DNA of 64,000 nucleotides from Patescibacteria group bacterium (GTDB lineage Bacteria > Patescibacteriota > Saccharimonadia > CAILAD01 > BJGX01). Where the stretch lies: assembly GCA_026397045.1 (NCBI GenBank), contig JAPLVO010000014.1:724-64723 (forward strand). The letters run 5' to 3'. The notes below the pieces were generated by a model that ran no database searches, was not told where the DNA came from, and saw only the letters and a program-made list of their open reading frames with translations. Each line of letters begins with the position of its first letter. Position 1 is the stretch's first letter. Made by a program: the position numbers and the translations under genes. Positions 39,555 through 50,305 of this stretch are shown here, in pieces.

Positions 39555-39573
39555 AAAACCCTAAAGGAGTAGC

Positions 39574-40362
39574 ATGGAACACTTACAAAAAGAACTATTC
39601 GCCAACGAACAGACCGCACTATTTGAGGATTTGGATTTGGATTTGGAGATACCCGAGAGCAAGTTTAGCCGAATTCTACTCAAGCTAAGTGGTGAAGCAC
39701 TTATGGGTAAGGCCGGTTCTGGGCTTGATGATATTGTCTTAGATAGATTTGCCAATGATATTGTCAAGGCTCGCCTTGAGCACGATGTTGAAATTGCAAT
39801 AGTCGTTGGCGGGGGTAATTTCTGGCGCGGCGCCAAGCATGCTGAAATGGACCGTTCTGCTGCAGATTTTTGCGGGATGCTGGCAACAGTCATCAATGCA
39901 ATTGCCTTGAAGGATCGCCTAGAAAAATTGGGGCAACCGACAAGGGTCATGACAGCAATCCATATGAACCAAGTTGCCGAGCCATATATTCGTGGTAAAG
40001 CAATGCGGCACCTGGAAAAAGGGCGAGTTGTTATTTTTGCTGGCGGGACTGGAAACCCGTTTTTCACAACTGATACCGCCGCGGCACTGCGCGCCGCAGA
40101 AATCAATGCAGACGCCCTGCTTATGGCAAAAAATGGCGTCGATGGTGTTTATGATTCAGATCCCAAGCTGAACTCTGACGCAATTAAGTATGATGAGCTT
40201 GATTACCTCGACATCATCAACAACGACCTTGGCGTTATGGACTCAACAGCCGCAACACATGCCATGGGTAACGATTTGCCAATTGTCGTCTTTGACGGGC
40301 TTAAAGAGGGCGGACTTCAGGAGGCTCTATGCAGCCCAGAATTGGGCACAATCATCACATGA
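39574..40362 (+). CDS. pyrH: Uridylate kinase
   Basis: ILLKLSGEALMG..., ...VVGGGNFWRG..., amino-acid-kinase-family UMP kinase motifs. Confidence 0.92.
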   Translation: MEHLQKELFANEQTALFEDLDLDLEIPESKFSRILLKLSGEALMGKAGSGLDDIVLDRFANDIVKARLEHDVEIAIVVGGGNFWRGAKHAEMDRSAADFCGMLATVINAIALKDRLEKLGQPTRVMTAIHMNQVAEPYIRGKAMRHLEKGRVVIFAGGTGNPFFTTDTAAALRAAEINADALLMAKNGVDGVYDSDPKLNSDAIKYDELDYLDIINNDLGVMDSTAATHAMGNDLPIVVFDGLKEGGLQEALCSPELGTIIT

Positions 40363-40405
40363 GTTAATATTTAGTCGTTTATGGCAATTTGCTATAGACG
40401 ACTAT

Positions 40406-40687
40406 TTATTTAGGCTTTATTATCCGATGCTTATTTTTATTCAACATGTAGCCTACAAATATCCCAACCACCAACAAGAAAAGCCCGACAACAAACACCT
40501 GCCCCGCAGCAGGAACGAGGAAGTAAAATGGGATGACAAAGACTAAGCCGAGTCCAAGAATTAGGAGGCCTATAATAATATCCCCTAGAAACCCTGCATG
40601 ATAATCCTCATGGGGCTTTTCATAGCTCATGTCCTGCTGTTTTTTCTTATTCTTGTGTTCATGCTTAACATGGCTATTTTTGCTCAT
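40406..40687 (-). CDS. Small membrane protein (2 TM, His/Lys-rich N-terminus)
   Basis: 93-aa ORF, two hydrophobic helices; no family recognised. Confidence 0.45.
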   Translation of the reverse strand: MSKNSHVKHEHKNKKKQQDMSYEKPHEDYHAGFLGDIIIGLLILGLGLVFVIPFYFLVPAAGQVFVVGLFLLVVGIFVGYMLNKNKHRIIKPK

Positions 40688-40722
40688 TTTATTGTCTTTC
40701 GTATTATTTATATACTTATATT

Positions 40723-41688
40723 CTAACTCTTTTTCAGGATTAATTCTATTGTATCGAGGGCCTCTTGGGCTGAATGAGTCGCCATTAGTTTGGCTCGAAC
40801 TTGGGCCGAACCGTCGAATCCATTGATATAGAGCTTGAAGAATTTTTTAAGTGGCTCAAAAGACTTGCCATCTCCCCAAGTTTCTTGATAAAGGCTAATA
40901 TGCTCCAGCAAAATACCTAGCATCTCAGCTAGATTATGGTCTGCTTGAATTTTGTCGAATACGAATAAATTATGGAATACCCCTCGGCCAATCATAATGC
41001 CATCGACACCGGTTTCCATAGCCTTATCATCACCTTCTTGACGGCTCAGAATATCGCCGTTACCAACAACCACAGTATCGGGAGATATATTGTCCCGTAG
41101 TTGTACCGACTTGGCTACTTCTTCCCAATGAGCAGGGACTTTGCTCATTTCTTTGCGCGTTCTGCCATGAACAATTAATGCATCCAGTTTTTGTTCTAAT
41201 AAAAATCCAATCCAGTTTTCGGTATCAATATTATCAAATCCTATTCGGGTTTTAACACTCACAGGCAAGCTACCTGCACCTTCTTTGGTGGCAGCGATAA
41301 CTTCAGCTGCCAGAGAAGGGTTTTGGATCATGGCACTACAGGCACCCTTTTTGATCATATCTTTAACAGGACAGCCCATATTTATATCAATCCCAGCAAA
41401 GCCCATAGCTTTAATATCTTTAGCCATCGTGAGGTAGTTTTTTGGATCAATCCCCCATATTTGGGCAATAACAGGTCCTTCGATTGGTTCGTATTTGAGC
41501 CGGCTACTGATCGCCTGCTTACCGGGACTACAATAGCCATCTGCATTAGCAAATTCTGTCATCATCAAATCAGCCGGTGCGTGTTTTGCGACAATTTGCC
41601 TAAACACCGTATCGGTCACATCATCCATAGGAGCCAAAACATAAAATGGTTGATTTGATTTTTTTAGATTTTGCCAGATGTGATTCAT
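40723..41688 (-). CDS. dus: tRNA-dihydrouridine synthase
   Basis: LAPMDDVTDTVFRQI..., INMGCP (catalytic Cys), TIM-barrel Dus family; 321 aa. Confidence 0.88.
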   Translation of the reverse strand: MNHIWQNLKKSNQPFYVLAPMDDVTDTVFRQIVAKHAPADLMMTEFANADGYCSPGKQAISSRLKYEPIEGPVIAQIWGIDPKNYLTMAKDIKAMGFAGIDINMGCPVKDMIKKGACSAMIQNPSLAAEVIAATKEGAGSLPVSVKTRIGFDNIDTENWIGFLLEQKLDALIVHGRTRKEMSKVPAHWEEVAKSVQLRDNISPDTVVVGNGDILSRQEGDDKAMETGVDGIMIGRGVFHNLFVFDKIQADHNLAEMLGILLEHISLYQETWGDGKSFEPLKKFFKLYINGFDGSAQVRAKLMATHSAQEALDTIELILKKS

Positions 41689-41693
41689 ATATT

Positions 41694-42512
41694 CTAGGCT
41701 AAATAATGGGAATGATTGGAATATTTTTTAAGTATTAAGCTATGCACTATAGTCTTGTCGTCGCCGTAGACCTTGCTCTGCTGGGTAAAATGTTCTAGCA
41801 AATCGTCGTTGGCTGGCTCATAAATAAACTCTCTTAGCCCTTCGACGCTACGACACACCACTACCGCATCAACATGCATGGTATCGCATATTTGACGCAA
41901 GATCGCTTGCTTTGGCCTGGCTAAGGCCGCCATAACTATATGAGTATAGCCCGAGTAGTCATGCTCGGAAGCATCACAATATCTAATTTTAATATTCTTA
42001 TCTAGGCCGAGCTCCGATATTATTTTGGTCGATAGAACAACAGCTTCGGCATTATTATCTAGGACAGTGATTTCACAATTATTCTGTTTGCTATAAGCAA
42101 TCGCAGTTTCGGGAAATGGCCCACCACCGATAAATATAACTTTTGATTCGGCATTAAAACCAGCTTCGAGGGATTCCTTTTGGGCAAACTCAAAAGTACG
42201 ACCGATGAATTGGTCTTTGAGAAAGTCTCTACCGCCAGCAAGTACATCCAGATAGGTAGATGTCTCTAAAAAAACCTCGAAAAGTTCGTAAATGCGCCTG
42301 GTCTGATGAGCTAGATTACGAAAGTGAGCCGTGTTTAAAAGCTCTCTTGAAAGTTCATTGTACTGAGGATCTCGAACGATATGCTCAAGACGCTCTATTA
42401 GAGTGGCAAAATCTTTACTTAAAAAAATCACTGGGGACTTTTCGGCATTACATAGCTCGGTGGTGATTTCTTCGATGTCAGATTTGAAATTATTATAAAG
42501 ACTATTTTTCAT
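41694..42512 (-). CDS. Rossmann-fold (class I SAM-methyltransferase / nicotianamine-synthase-like) protein
   Basis: VIFIGGGPFPETAIAYS...CEITVLDNNAEAV resembles the GSGPLPLT-type NAS-like / MTase nucleotide-binding motif; function uncertain. Confidence 0.4.
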   Translation of the reverse strand: MKNSLYNNFKSDIEEITTELCNAEKSPVIFLSKDFATLIERLEHIVRDPQYNELSRELLNTAHFRNLAHQTRRIYELFEVFLETSTYLDVLAGGRDFLKDQFIGRTFEFAQKESLEAGFNAESKVIFIGGGPFPETAIAYSKQNNCEITVLDNNAEAVVLSTKIISELGLDKNIKIRYCDASEHDYSGYTHIVMAALARPKQAILRQICDTMHVDAVVVCRSVEGLREFIYEPANDDLLEHFTQQSKVYGDDKTIVHSLILKKYSNHSHYLA

Positions 42513-42557
42513 CGGGATACCATAGCATAAAAATGCTTTTAATTCCAGTCACATTAA

Positions 42558-44072
42558 TTGCTCAAAAGCGTTATAATAGTCTGTATGCAATATAAAGATC
42601 CCGAGTCAAAATCAAAGTCAAAGGCTTCTAAGCATGACACTAAGCCTGATTTTGTATATGACCCAGACAACAAGGACCAAAATAACAGCGATGAGGAGAG
42701 CCTGCTGGCAAGCCAACTTGATCCCATGGGAAAAGAAGACCAAATTATAGACCCCAAATTAGAAAAGCGCGCCAGAAGACGCAAAAAAGCCAAACGCATA
42801 ATATTATTCGTTTTGCTTTTTATATTCTTAGCTGGCGGTGGAGCTTTTGCCTACCTATTTAGTAGAGCTAACAAAATTAGTACCAACCCCTTCAATTTCT
42901 CTACAAAACTTAAGGGCGAATCTGAAGGCCGAGTGAATATCCTCTTGCTGGGAGTGGGCGACCCTGGGCACGACGGAGAGACATTAGCCGACACGAACAT
43001 GGTAGTAAGCCTAGACACCAAAAATAACAAAGTAGCCATGATTAGTGTCCCCCGCGATACACGCGTCTTCATACCATCAGAGGGCTATGTAAAAATAAAT
43101 AATGCGCATGCCATAGGCCAAGCCAAGACTCCCCCCAAGGGTATCGAACTGGCACAAAAGACTGTCGAGGATACCCTTGGAATACCTATCCAATACTATG
43201 TCAGAGCTAATTTCTCTGGCCTAAAAGATGCCGTCGATGCCGTTGGAGGAATAGAGGTAGATGTTAAGGAGCCCCTAAATGACCCCGAGTACCCCTGTGA
43301 TAAAAACCAATATAAAAGCTGCGGATTTAAAATCAGTGCCGGACCCACCAAGATGGACGGCTCAACTGCTCTAAAATATGCCCGTTGCCGAAAAGGAACT
43401 TGTGGCGATGATTTCGGACGCGCTATAAGGCAGCAAGAAGTCTTGCAGGCAGTGCGCACCAAAGCAGTAAGCTCGGAAACACTGACTGATCCAAAAAAGC
43501 TGGCATCCCTTATTGATGCAGCCGCAAACAACATAACTACCAACATGAGCCTAAGTGAAATACAGAGAGCCTATGAACTTAGCAAAAAGGTGCCAACTGA
43601 AAACATAACCAGCATTGTATTCTCAACCAACCCAAATGGCTTCCTTAAGCAGGATCCAAGCAGCAGTGATTTGCTTCCTGTCGGTGGTAACTTCGATGAA
43701 ATTAAAAAATTCGTAAAGGAAATATTTACTGTGGGGGCTCTTTGGTCCGAGGATGCTAAAATAATTGTAGAAAATGGCACTGCAACAGTCGGCCTGGCTG
43801 GCAAATTCGAAGCGAAGTTAGCAAATGCAGGTGTGCCAATCCAGATACTAGCTATACAGAATGCAACCACCAAAGACTACTCGACTAGCCAGATAATAGA
43901 CTACTCTGGTGGCAAGAAGCCCCAAACGATAAAGTATCTCGAAGACCTCCTGGGAGTTAAGGCTACACTTCCCGCAGAAGCAAGTAAATCTACTGGCAGC
44001 CAAGATATAACGGTGATACTGGGTAGCGACTATGCAGACAAAGTATCCCAGACAGGAACTGCTTCAGAGTAG
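42558..44072 (+). CDS. LytR-CpsA-Psr (LCP) family cell-envelope phosphotransferase with C-terminal LytR_C-like domain
   Basis: N-terminal TM, LCP core RVNILLLGVGDPGHDGETLADTNMVVSLD...ISVPRDT; 504 aa. Confidence 0.85.
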   Translation: MLKSVIIVCMQYKDPESKSKSKASKHDTKPDFVYDPDNKDQNNSDEESLLASQLDPMGKEDQIIDPKLEKRARRRKKAKRIILFVLLFIFLAGGGAFAYLFSRANKISTNPFNFSTKLKGESEGRVNILLLGVGDPGHDGETLADTNMVVSLDTKNNKVAMISVPRDTRVFIPSEGYVKINNAHAIGQAKTPPKGIELAQKTVEDTLGIPIQYYVRANFSGLKDAVDAVGGIEVDVKEPLNDPEYPCDKNQYKSCGFKISAGPTKMDGSTALKYARCRKGTCGDDFGRAIRQQEVLQAVRTKAVSSETLTDPKKLASLIDAAANNITTNMSLSEIQRAYELSKKVPTENITSIVFSTNPNGFLKQDPSSSDLLPVGGNFDEIKKFVKEIFTVGALWSEDAKIIVENGTATVGLAGKFEAKLANAGVPIQILAIQNATTKDYSTSQIIDYSGGKKPQTIKYLEDLLGVKATLPAEASKSTGSQDITVILGSDYADKVSQTGTASE

Positions 44073-44141
44073 CCCTACTTGACTTGCTCTTTATGCCCAG
44101 CTCAATTATATGTATAATAGACCTATAAATTAAGGAGACTA

Positions 44142-44759
44142 ATGGACATCGTAACAACCCCGACCCGTAATTCGCTCATAGCCAGGTCGATAGCTAATGT
44201 AATTTTCGGATCCCTAATACTGCTATTCCCCGGGATAACGCTAGCAGTGCTAGCGGTGGCATTTGCTATTAATATACTCATTGTTGGGCTCTTCATGCTC
44301 TTCGAACCAGCTTTTGACTCAACCAATAAGCATGCCCTACTAACTGTTATATCAGGCCTACTAGCGATTGGGGCGGGAGTTTATGTGCTATCAAGGCCGC
44401 TAGCCGGAGTTGTTATCTTGAGTATTATAATTGCTGCTTGGGCGCTACTATATGGGCTCATGGATCTATTTATAGGTTTCAAACTTTCTGAAAATAAGCT
44501 TCAGGGGTCCTGGATATATATTCTCATTGGTATATTATCTCTGATGTTTGCTGTATACCTAGCATTTAACCCTCTTGAAGGTAGCTTGGCGCTAGTGGGC
44601 GTTGTAGGTATATACTCACTTTTAATTGGATTTATTTTTGGCTTCCAGGCCTTCAAGATAAAGCCAGAGAAGGCAATAAAAGCTAAGACAACTACTCCTA
44701 AAACATCCGGACCCATCAAAAAACCAGCCAAGAAAATCGTCAGGAAAACCTCCAAATAA
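44142..44759 (+). CDS. HdeD/DUF308-family membrane protein (paralog 1)
   Basis: Repeated short TM hairpins; IANVIFGSLILLFPGITLAVLAVAFAINILIVGLFMLFEP; paralog of 45520-46068. Confidence 0.7.
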   Translation: MDIVTTPTRNSLIARSIANVIFGSLILLFPGITLAVLAVAFAINILIVGLFMLFEPAFDSTNKHALLTVISGLLAIGAGVYVLSRPLAGVVILSIIIAAWALLYGLMDLFIGFKLSENKLQGSWIYILIGILSLMFAVYLAFNPLEGSLALVGVVGIYSLLIGFIFGFQAFKIKPEKAIKAKTTTPKTSGPIKKPAKKIVRKTSK

Positions 44760-45448
44760 TGGAAACCAAGGTTGTAAAGCCTCAATCAGAACACATAGAT
44801 ACATTTAGCAACTATTTATCAGGGATATTTGCCTGGATGTTTGCAGGCTTATCGATAAGTGGGGCTATAGGCTATATAATCTCCCAAAGTGGCGACTCAA
44901 TCAAATTGCTATTTTTAAACCCGATATCGTTTCTGATAATAATTGTATTACAGCTAGGATTAGTAGTTTTCTTGAGTGCTAGGGCTACCAAATTGAGTGC
45001 CAACACAGCTAGGCTAGCTTTTTTAGGCTATGCACTAACCGTAGGCATAACTCTTTCTACGATATTTTTGACCTACACCTCGACTTCCATAATGAGAGTA
45101 TTCTTCATAGCTGGGAGTATGTTTCTAGTTATGGCAATAATTGGCTACACTACCAAGGTAGATCTAAGTAAAATTGGTACGATCCTGCTGATGGGCCTAT
45201 TTGGCATTATAATCGCGACAGTAGTGAATTTTTTTCTAAATTCAAATGCCCTCCAGATGGCGGTTTCTTACATTGGCGTAGTAATATTTCTAGGGCTTAC
45301 AGCCTACGATATACAAAAAATTAAGTCTATCTATAGCCAATTCGGTAGCGCTGGCAATATGGCTATTCTTGGTGCTCTAAGCCTCTACCTCGATTTCTTA
45401 AATCTTTTCTTGTTCTTGCTCAGGATTTTTGGAGCAGGTAAAGACTAG
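44759..45448 (+). CDS. Bax-inhibitor-1/YccA (TMBIM) family membrane protein
   Basis: Seven-TM protein of about 230 aa with the typical C-terminal ...GALSLYLDFLNLFLFLLRIFG. Confidence 0.8.
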   Translation: METKVVKPQSEHIDTFSNYLSGIFAWMFAGLSISGAIGYIISQSGDSIKLLFLNPISFLIIIVLQLGLVVFLSARATKLSANTARLAFLGYALTVGITLSTIFLTYTSTSIMRVFFIAGSMFLVMAIIGYTTKVDLSKIGTILLMGLFGIIIATVVNFFLNSNALQMAVSYIGVVIFLGLTAYDIQKIKSIYSQFGSAGNMAILGALSLYLDFLNLFLFLLRIFGAGKD

Positions 45449-45519
45449 CGATAATTTGCCTTGCTAACGGTTATTGGGGTATTATAATTATATTATAATA
45501 ATCTAATTTAGGAGGTCCC

Positions 45520-46068
45520 ATGGATGTAATTGTTATGCCGTCAAAAAAGAGTTTACTGCTAAGATCCATTGTAAATATAATTGTAGGATTAATAATTGTT
45601 GCCTGGCCAGCAGCGACACTTGTCGTGCTAGTTTATGCTTTCGCTATCAATATACTAATTATTGGTATTGCAACACTATTTGAGCCTGTATTTAATAAAT
45701 CTAGCCACAGCAACATTGGTGCCGTTATACTAGGAGTAATAGGAATCGCTGCAGGTATATACCTGATTGCAAGACCAGTCGTCACGGGCGAAATAATTGC
45801 GCTTCTGATTGCTTTCTGGGCTATCTTGTTCGGCATTACAGACCTCTATATTGGCTTTACCAGTAAGACAAAAGAAGGTGGGAGTCTTCTATTCATACTC
45901 GCCGGTGTTATATCCTTGATATTTGGAATATATGTACTAAACAGCCCGCTCGAAACAATCCTGTCTCTAATTTTTGTTATCGGATTATACAGCATTATCG
46001 TAGGTGCTGTACTCGGCTGTGTAGGCCTGTTCTTTTACCCAGCAGCAAAAAAATCTTCCAAAGCTTAG
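45520..46068 (+). CDS. HdeD/DUF308-family membrane protein (paralog 2)
   Basis: IVNIIVGLIIVAWPAATLVVLVYAFAINILIIGIATLFEP, clearly paralogous to 44142-44759. Confidence 0.7.
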   Translation: MDVIVMPSKKSLLLRSIVNIIVGLIIVAWPAATLVVLVYAFAINILIIGIATLFEPVFNKSSHSNIGAVILGVIGIAAGIYLIARPVVTGEIIALLIAFWAILFGITDLYIGFTSKTKEGGSLLFILAGVISLIFGIYVLNSPLETILSLIFVIGLYSIIVGAVLGCVGLFFYPAAKKSSKA

Positions 46069-47070
46069 ATGGAAATCACCCCCGTGCCTGTCAAATCGCA
46101 TAAGTTCTGGAACAAATTAATACTAATTCTCCTTGCTGTGCTACTTGTCCTAGCTAGCTATATGACAATACTCCGAGACAACTTTGCCTCTGGAGCCAAG
46201 ACATACTTGTTTTTAAAAGAGGCAAGGGCTTATGAAAACATTGCCGATCTAGCTAAGATAGAAATCAGATCCAATCTTCCTGAGAATATCAAAAACAACT
46301 TCGTAAAGCGTGCTGTGGTAGAAAAGATAATGGAGATAGTAATAACTCCTGAAAATGTCTCAAAAGTCGCGGAGCCAGGTTTGATTGCCCTTTACAAACT
46401 TTCCGATAAAGCCGCATCGTTAGCTGGCGAAAAGATCGTAATAGACACTGCTGAGTTCAAGAAGCAAGCCAATGAATACCTACCGGCACTTGGCCTGCCA
46501 GCAGGTTTTACTGAAGCTACTAATGACTTCGTTAAAGCTGTGCCGAATCAAATAACCATCATTGATGTAGATAAAAACCCCAACTCCCCTATTGCGGCAT
46601 TTGTTAAGATCCGTGAAGCCTATAAAGGTCTAAACACCGCTACAAATGTACTGTGGGTACTAATAATTACAGCTCTGGCTGCGCTGGTGGCTATAAATAT
46701 TCGCGCAGGGCGAAAAATACTCTCCACAATCACTTGGTCCTTCGGTGTGGCTGGTGGCCTGATGCTTGCTATGTCCTACGCCATAACCCCAATCGTCGTG
46801 TCGATTATTCCACAGAATCCTAGCCCTGCCATTAATAGCGCCACAACCAACTTAGTGGCTGATGCTCTAGACTACTTCCTGATGGTATCGAGAAGCTATG
46901 GATGGACAATGATAGTAATCGCATTATTAGCTCTTGGTGGCAAGCTACTACTATCAAACGATAGTGTTAAGACAGCCCTAAAGGGTGGCTACCAGAAAAT
47001 AGTATCGACTGCTAAAGGAACTAAGCCAAAAACCAAATCAGAGCCGAAGCGTACACCAAAGAGCAAGTAG
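46069..47070 (+). CDS. Hypothetical membrane protein (N-terminal TM, soluble middle domain, C-terminal TM bundle, Lys-rich tail)
   Basis: 333-aa ORF whose start abuts the preceding gene's stop (operonic). Confidence 0.5.
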   Translation: MEITPVPVKSHKFWNKLILILLAVLLVLASYMTILRDNFASGAKTYLFLKEARAYENIADLAKIEIRSNLPENIKNNFVKRAVVEKIMEIVITPENVSKVAEPGLIALYKLSDKAASLAGEKIVIDTAEFKKQANEYLPALGLPAGFTEATNDFVKAVPNQITIIDVDKNPNSPIAAFVKIREAYKGLNTATNVLWVLIITALAALVAINIRAGRKILSTITWSFGVAGGLMLAMSYAITPIVVSIIPQNPSPAINSATTNLVADALDYFLMVSRSYGWTMIVIALLALGGKLLLSNDSVKTALKGGYQKIVSTAKGTKPKTKSEPKRTPKSK

Positions 47071-47380
47071 TTTTGCCCTTACGGGGGTGTATTAATATTT
47101 TGAGCAGGCAACAATACCCCACCTCAGAACTTCTATCCGATCTACCAAGACCCAGCGATATTGGGTTCGTTACAGCGTAGAGCAAGCTACTAGCTAAGGA
47201 CAAGCTCCCGATGCCTTCTATGTGTCCTTTATCTCCAAAAAATGCCTACCAGCCTCTTAAGAGAGCCTGAATACTAGCCTGGAGCCAAATGGCAGGCTGA
47301 GTTTAAGAACCTAGTAAAGTTTATGCCCAGTAAATTATGGTGTAGATATATACTGGCAGCCCCTAATAGCCGGCCTTTAT

Positions 47381-47893
47381 CTAGAAACCTAGATTGCTAA
47401 ACTCTGGGACATACAGAGTTACATCATCTAAAAATGGCCTAATAGAGTTGGCAAATATAGGATTTGCATCTGTAGTAAATGTAGAACCATCATTGTATCT
47501 AACACTAATGGTAAATTGTTTACCTCCAAGCGGGGGCTCAGACGAAGGCTTTTGGGATATGATCTTATCGACCACGCCATAGGCTATGAGGCTCTTTTGG
47601 ATTTCACTAAATTTACCTGGCTGAATCTGGCAGTCTGTATACTTAGTATCAGTATCTATCTGTTTTTTAACCGATAGTTGGCAGCTGTCCTTACTTATTG
47701 TCAAAGTGCTGGTCTGCTGGTATTGGGGAGAAACCGGCCCAGAGCTGACACTAAAAGATATTTCAGCAATCTTATGAGAGTACTTACTTTGGATAATCAT
47801 CATTGCCACTGCCAATATAATTACCGAGCCGATTATGACTGATAATATAAACAATGTATTAATATATGGCTTTTTAGCACCTTTACTTAACAT
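47381..47893 (-). CDS. Hypothetical N-terminally anchored extracytoplasmic protein
   Basis: 170 aa; TM LFILSVIIGSVIILAVAMMII followed by a Ser/Thr-rich soluble domain. Confidence 0.5.
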   Translation of the reverse strand: MLSKGAKKPYINTLFILSVIIGSVIILAVAMMIIQSKYSHKIAEISFSVSSGPVSPQYQQTSTLTISKDSCQLSVKKQIDTDTKYTDCQIQPGKFSEIQKSLIAYGVVDKIISQKPSSEPPLGGKQFTISVRYNDGSTFTTDANPIFANSIRPFLDDVTLYVPEFSNLGF

Positions 47894-47969
47894 ATAGCTA
47901 CATCATATCACCTTTATAGTACTGTAAAAATATATTATATGTTAAAATTAATACATTAAGGAGTATGAA

Positions 47970-48347
47970 ATGAAGAGAGTAAGCTTTATACAAATAGGCC
48001 TTTCATTGGTCTTTCTAGTAATTGCCTTGGTTGTACTAGGCGACCTTGTGGGTCTCATAAAGGCCAATAATATATTTGGCCAATACTGGCCGGCTTTATT
48101 AATTCTATTAGGGGTTATGCTGATAGGCCCGAATTCCAGAAATAATGGTATTTCGTTTGGCATAATAATACTAGGTATTTTGCTACTAATGAATACATTC
48201 AACCTCTTCGCTACCCAGGGCGGAAAAGTAGTTCTGATAATGCTCTTATCATTTAGTGGGCTAGCCATGCTAGTTTTCGCTACCACTAAAAAGCACAAAG
48301 GCTCTAACCCTAGTAGTACTTCAACCGACAAAGAGCTTTATTTTTAG
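47970..48347 (+). CDS. Small 4-TM membrane protein
   Basis: 125-aa ORF with SD AAGGAG; its stop overlaps the stop of the convergent GyrI-like gene. Confidence 0.5.
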   Translation: MKRVSFIQIGLSLVFLVIALVVLGDLVGLIKANNIFGQYWPALLILLGVMLIGPNSRNNGISFGIIILGILLLMNTFNLFATQGGKVVLIMLLSFSGLAMLVFATTKKHKGSNPSSTSTDKELYF

Positions 48348-48973
48348 ATTCTGACTATAGGCTGCCTAATAATTGTCTTTACTCTCCCCGACTTACTCCT
48401 AGTTGGATCGCTTAAATAGATCTCATGATGCCTTAAGACAGCCTTGTAGCCACGCTTTTTTATGTAGCTAGCGAGCGTTTTAATATCCCCGATGGCAGTG
48501 GAATAAGAGCCAAAGTGTAGTATCTGAGCCGATTTCTTTTCTTGGAGGCTCGAGATGTGAATATCATTATATCTAGGGTTTGGCTTAATCCCTAAAGTCA
48601 TGCTAACTGCCATATTAACTACACCCTGGGTGACAAACCCTGGTACGACAATAAAAACCTCCCAGATAAGATTACCGCCATCGCTGGCATCGTATGGCTT
48701 GCCATTCTTCATGCTCCACAAAGCCTCTAGGGCAGAAACCCTAAAGCTCACAAAGCCCTCGGGGGTATTGCCTTTTTTTGGCATAAAATTAATTGCATAG
48801 GCGATGGAATATAGCGCCTCGACGGAATCTCGGAATCTAGGACCATTGGGCTCACCTTCCCCGCTGATGGCCATTATTCTTAGGGCTGGGACATCGATTA
48901 TCGAGGCCTTCGCGACTTTAGCGCTATAAATTAATGGATAGATATCTGATATATTAAACTTCTCAGATTCCAT
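48344..48973 (-). CDS. GyrI-like small-molecule-binding domain protein
   Basis: C-terminal motif ...ILHFGSYSTAIGDIKTLASYIKKRGYKAVLRHHEIYLSDPTRSK, typical of the GyrI/AraC effector-binding fold. Confidence 0.65.
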   Translation of the reverse strand: MESEKFNISDIYPLIYSAKVAKASIIDVPALRIMAISGEGEPNGPRFRDSVEALYSIAYAINFMPKKGNTPEGFVSFRVSALEALWSMKNGKPYDASDGGNLIWEVFIVVPGFVTQGVVNMAVSMTLGIKPNPRYNDIHISSLQEKKSAQILHFGSYSTAIGDIKTLASYIKKRGYKAVLRHHEIYLSDPTRSKSGRVKTIIRQPIVRI

Positions 48974-49021
48974 AGCGACCCAATACTCCTAAGATAGCCA
49001 ATTTGTAACGCAATGTTATGT

Positions 49022-50272
49022 TCATAGTTTCATTTCCTCAAATGCCCAGACTAACACCTCTAGCATTTCATCGTAATTTATTAATACCCCTGGTGCATAG
49101 ATATACAATACATTATCAACTACTTCTATGTTAATTTCAAAGTTTAGCGAATATATCTTTTCCATAAAGTTGGGTGCTAGCAGCTCGAAGCTAGTGGCTC
49201 GGTCAGGCTTAGCTGCCCAGACAGCAAATTTCTTATTAAAGTCGTTACTTTCGGTTGATACCTTAATAAGTCCCTTGGCCTTTGGTTTAAAGCCATACCA
49301 GCTTTTTTCGGTTACAAGTATATCATCATAATGTTTTGGCAATATAGACTGGGCTATTGTCATCGTTTCCATTGTAGACCCAGCCCTAGGCTGGTAGCTA
49401 TAGAACTCTACAATCTTTCCAGAATAGTAGCCTGAAACATGATTGTTGATATCGGCATTGCCAAAGCCTGCTGGACCAAATATTGCACCTCTGGTAGGCA
49501 TCATTAACCATCCGAAGTCTGGATTAAAATAAAATCCTTTTTTGCTAGCAAACTCTGCTATCGCCTTATCATACTTCCCTACATCCTCTGTAGACTGGCT
49601 GATACTATCGAGCACAAATACGCCCTGAACCTTTACAAAGAACCAAATTTCGGCAAAAGCAGAATTATCAATAAATATATCCTTGCCGGTTTTAAGGTCA
49701 TGAAGCCTGTCTTTACAGCTAGCCTGAATATGTGCGCTGAAAGAGTCACTTTTAGATTTGCCATCTTGTATTCTGATATCAATTATTTTAATATTTTCTA
49801 TTATATTCTGACGCTGATAGTTTTTTAATATATTCAACTGTAGCGTAATATTCTTGAAATAATTCGGTGATAATAACAACTTTAATTTTTTTAAATCAAA
49901 GTCGGACCAAGCTGACTGGAAACCTAAAAAGGTGTTTCTTGCTATCAAGGCCTTTGCCTTATCGCCTTGGCTAGTTAGTTTATTATCCGTGCTGCTAAAG
50001 CTACCACTTGTACCTGGGCTGAGGCCTTTAGTTTTGTACTTTTTAAGAATATATATAAATATTATGCCTACCCCGAAAAATAATAACGCTACAGGCCATA
50101 GCGATCCAGACCCTCCATAGCCAGATGGGTTACTACTCGATGAATAACCTGAGGAAAAGCCAGTGCCAGAATAAGAACCCCCACTTGAGCCCCCAGAGCT
50201 AGACCCGCCTCCACCGCCACGAGCCAACACGGAATTATTACTGGCTAAGGTCTGCTCGTAGTTGATTGTCAT
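49022..50272 (-). CDS. Membrane protein with Gly/Ser-rich N-terminus, single TM and Tim44-like/unknown C-terminal domains
   Basis: 416 aa; poly-G/S (GGGGGSSSGGSSGGSYSG...), TM LWPVALLFFGVGIIFIYIL, then a globular region (…ALIARNTFLGFQSAWSDFDLKKL… reminiscent of Tim44-like domains). Confidence 0.5.
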   Translation of the reverse strand: MTINYEQTLASNNSVLARGGGGGSSSGGSSGGSYSGTGFSSGYSSSSNPSGYGGSGSLWPVALLFFGVGIIFIYILKKYKTKGLSPGTSGSFSSTDNKLTSQGDKAKALIARNTFLGFQSAWSDFDLKKLKLLLSPNYFKNITLQLNILKNYQRQNIIENIKIIDIRIQDGKSKSDSFSAHIQASCKDRLHDLKTGKDIFIDNSAFAEIWFFVKVQGVFVLDSISQSTEDVGKYDKAIAEFASKKGFYFNPDFGWLMMPTRGAIFGPAGFGNADINNHVSGYYSGKIVEFYSYQPRAGSTMETMTIAQSILPKHYDDILVTEKSWYGFKPKAKGLIKVSTESNDFNKKFAVWAAKPDRATSFELLAPNFMEKIYSLNFEINIEVVDNVLYIYAPGVLINYDEMLEVLVWAFEEMKL

Positions 50273-50305
50273 AGATGCGTCTTACTCGGCTCTATCAAGA
50301 GCGGC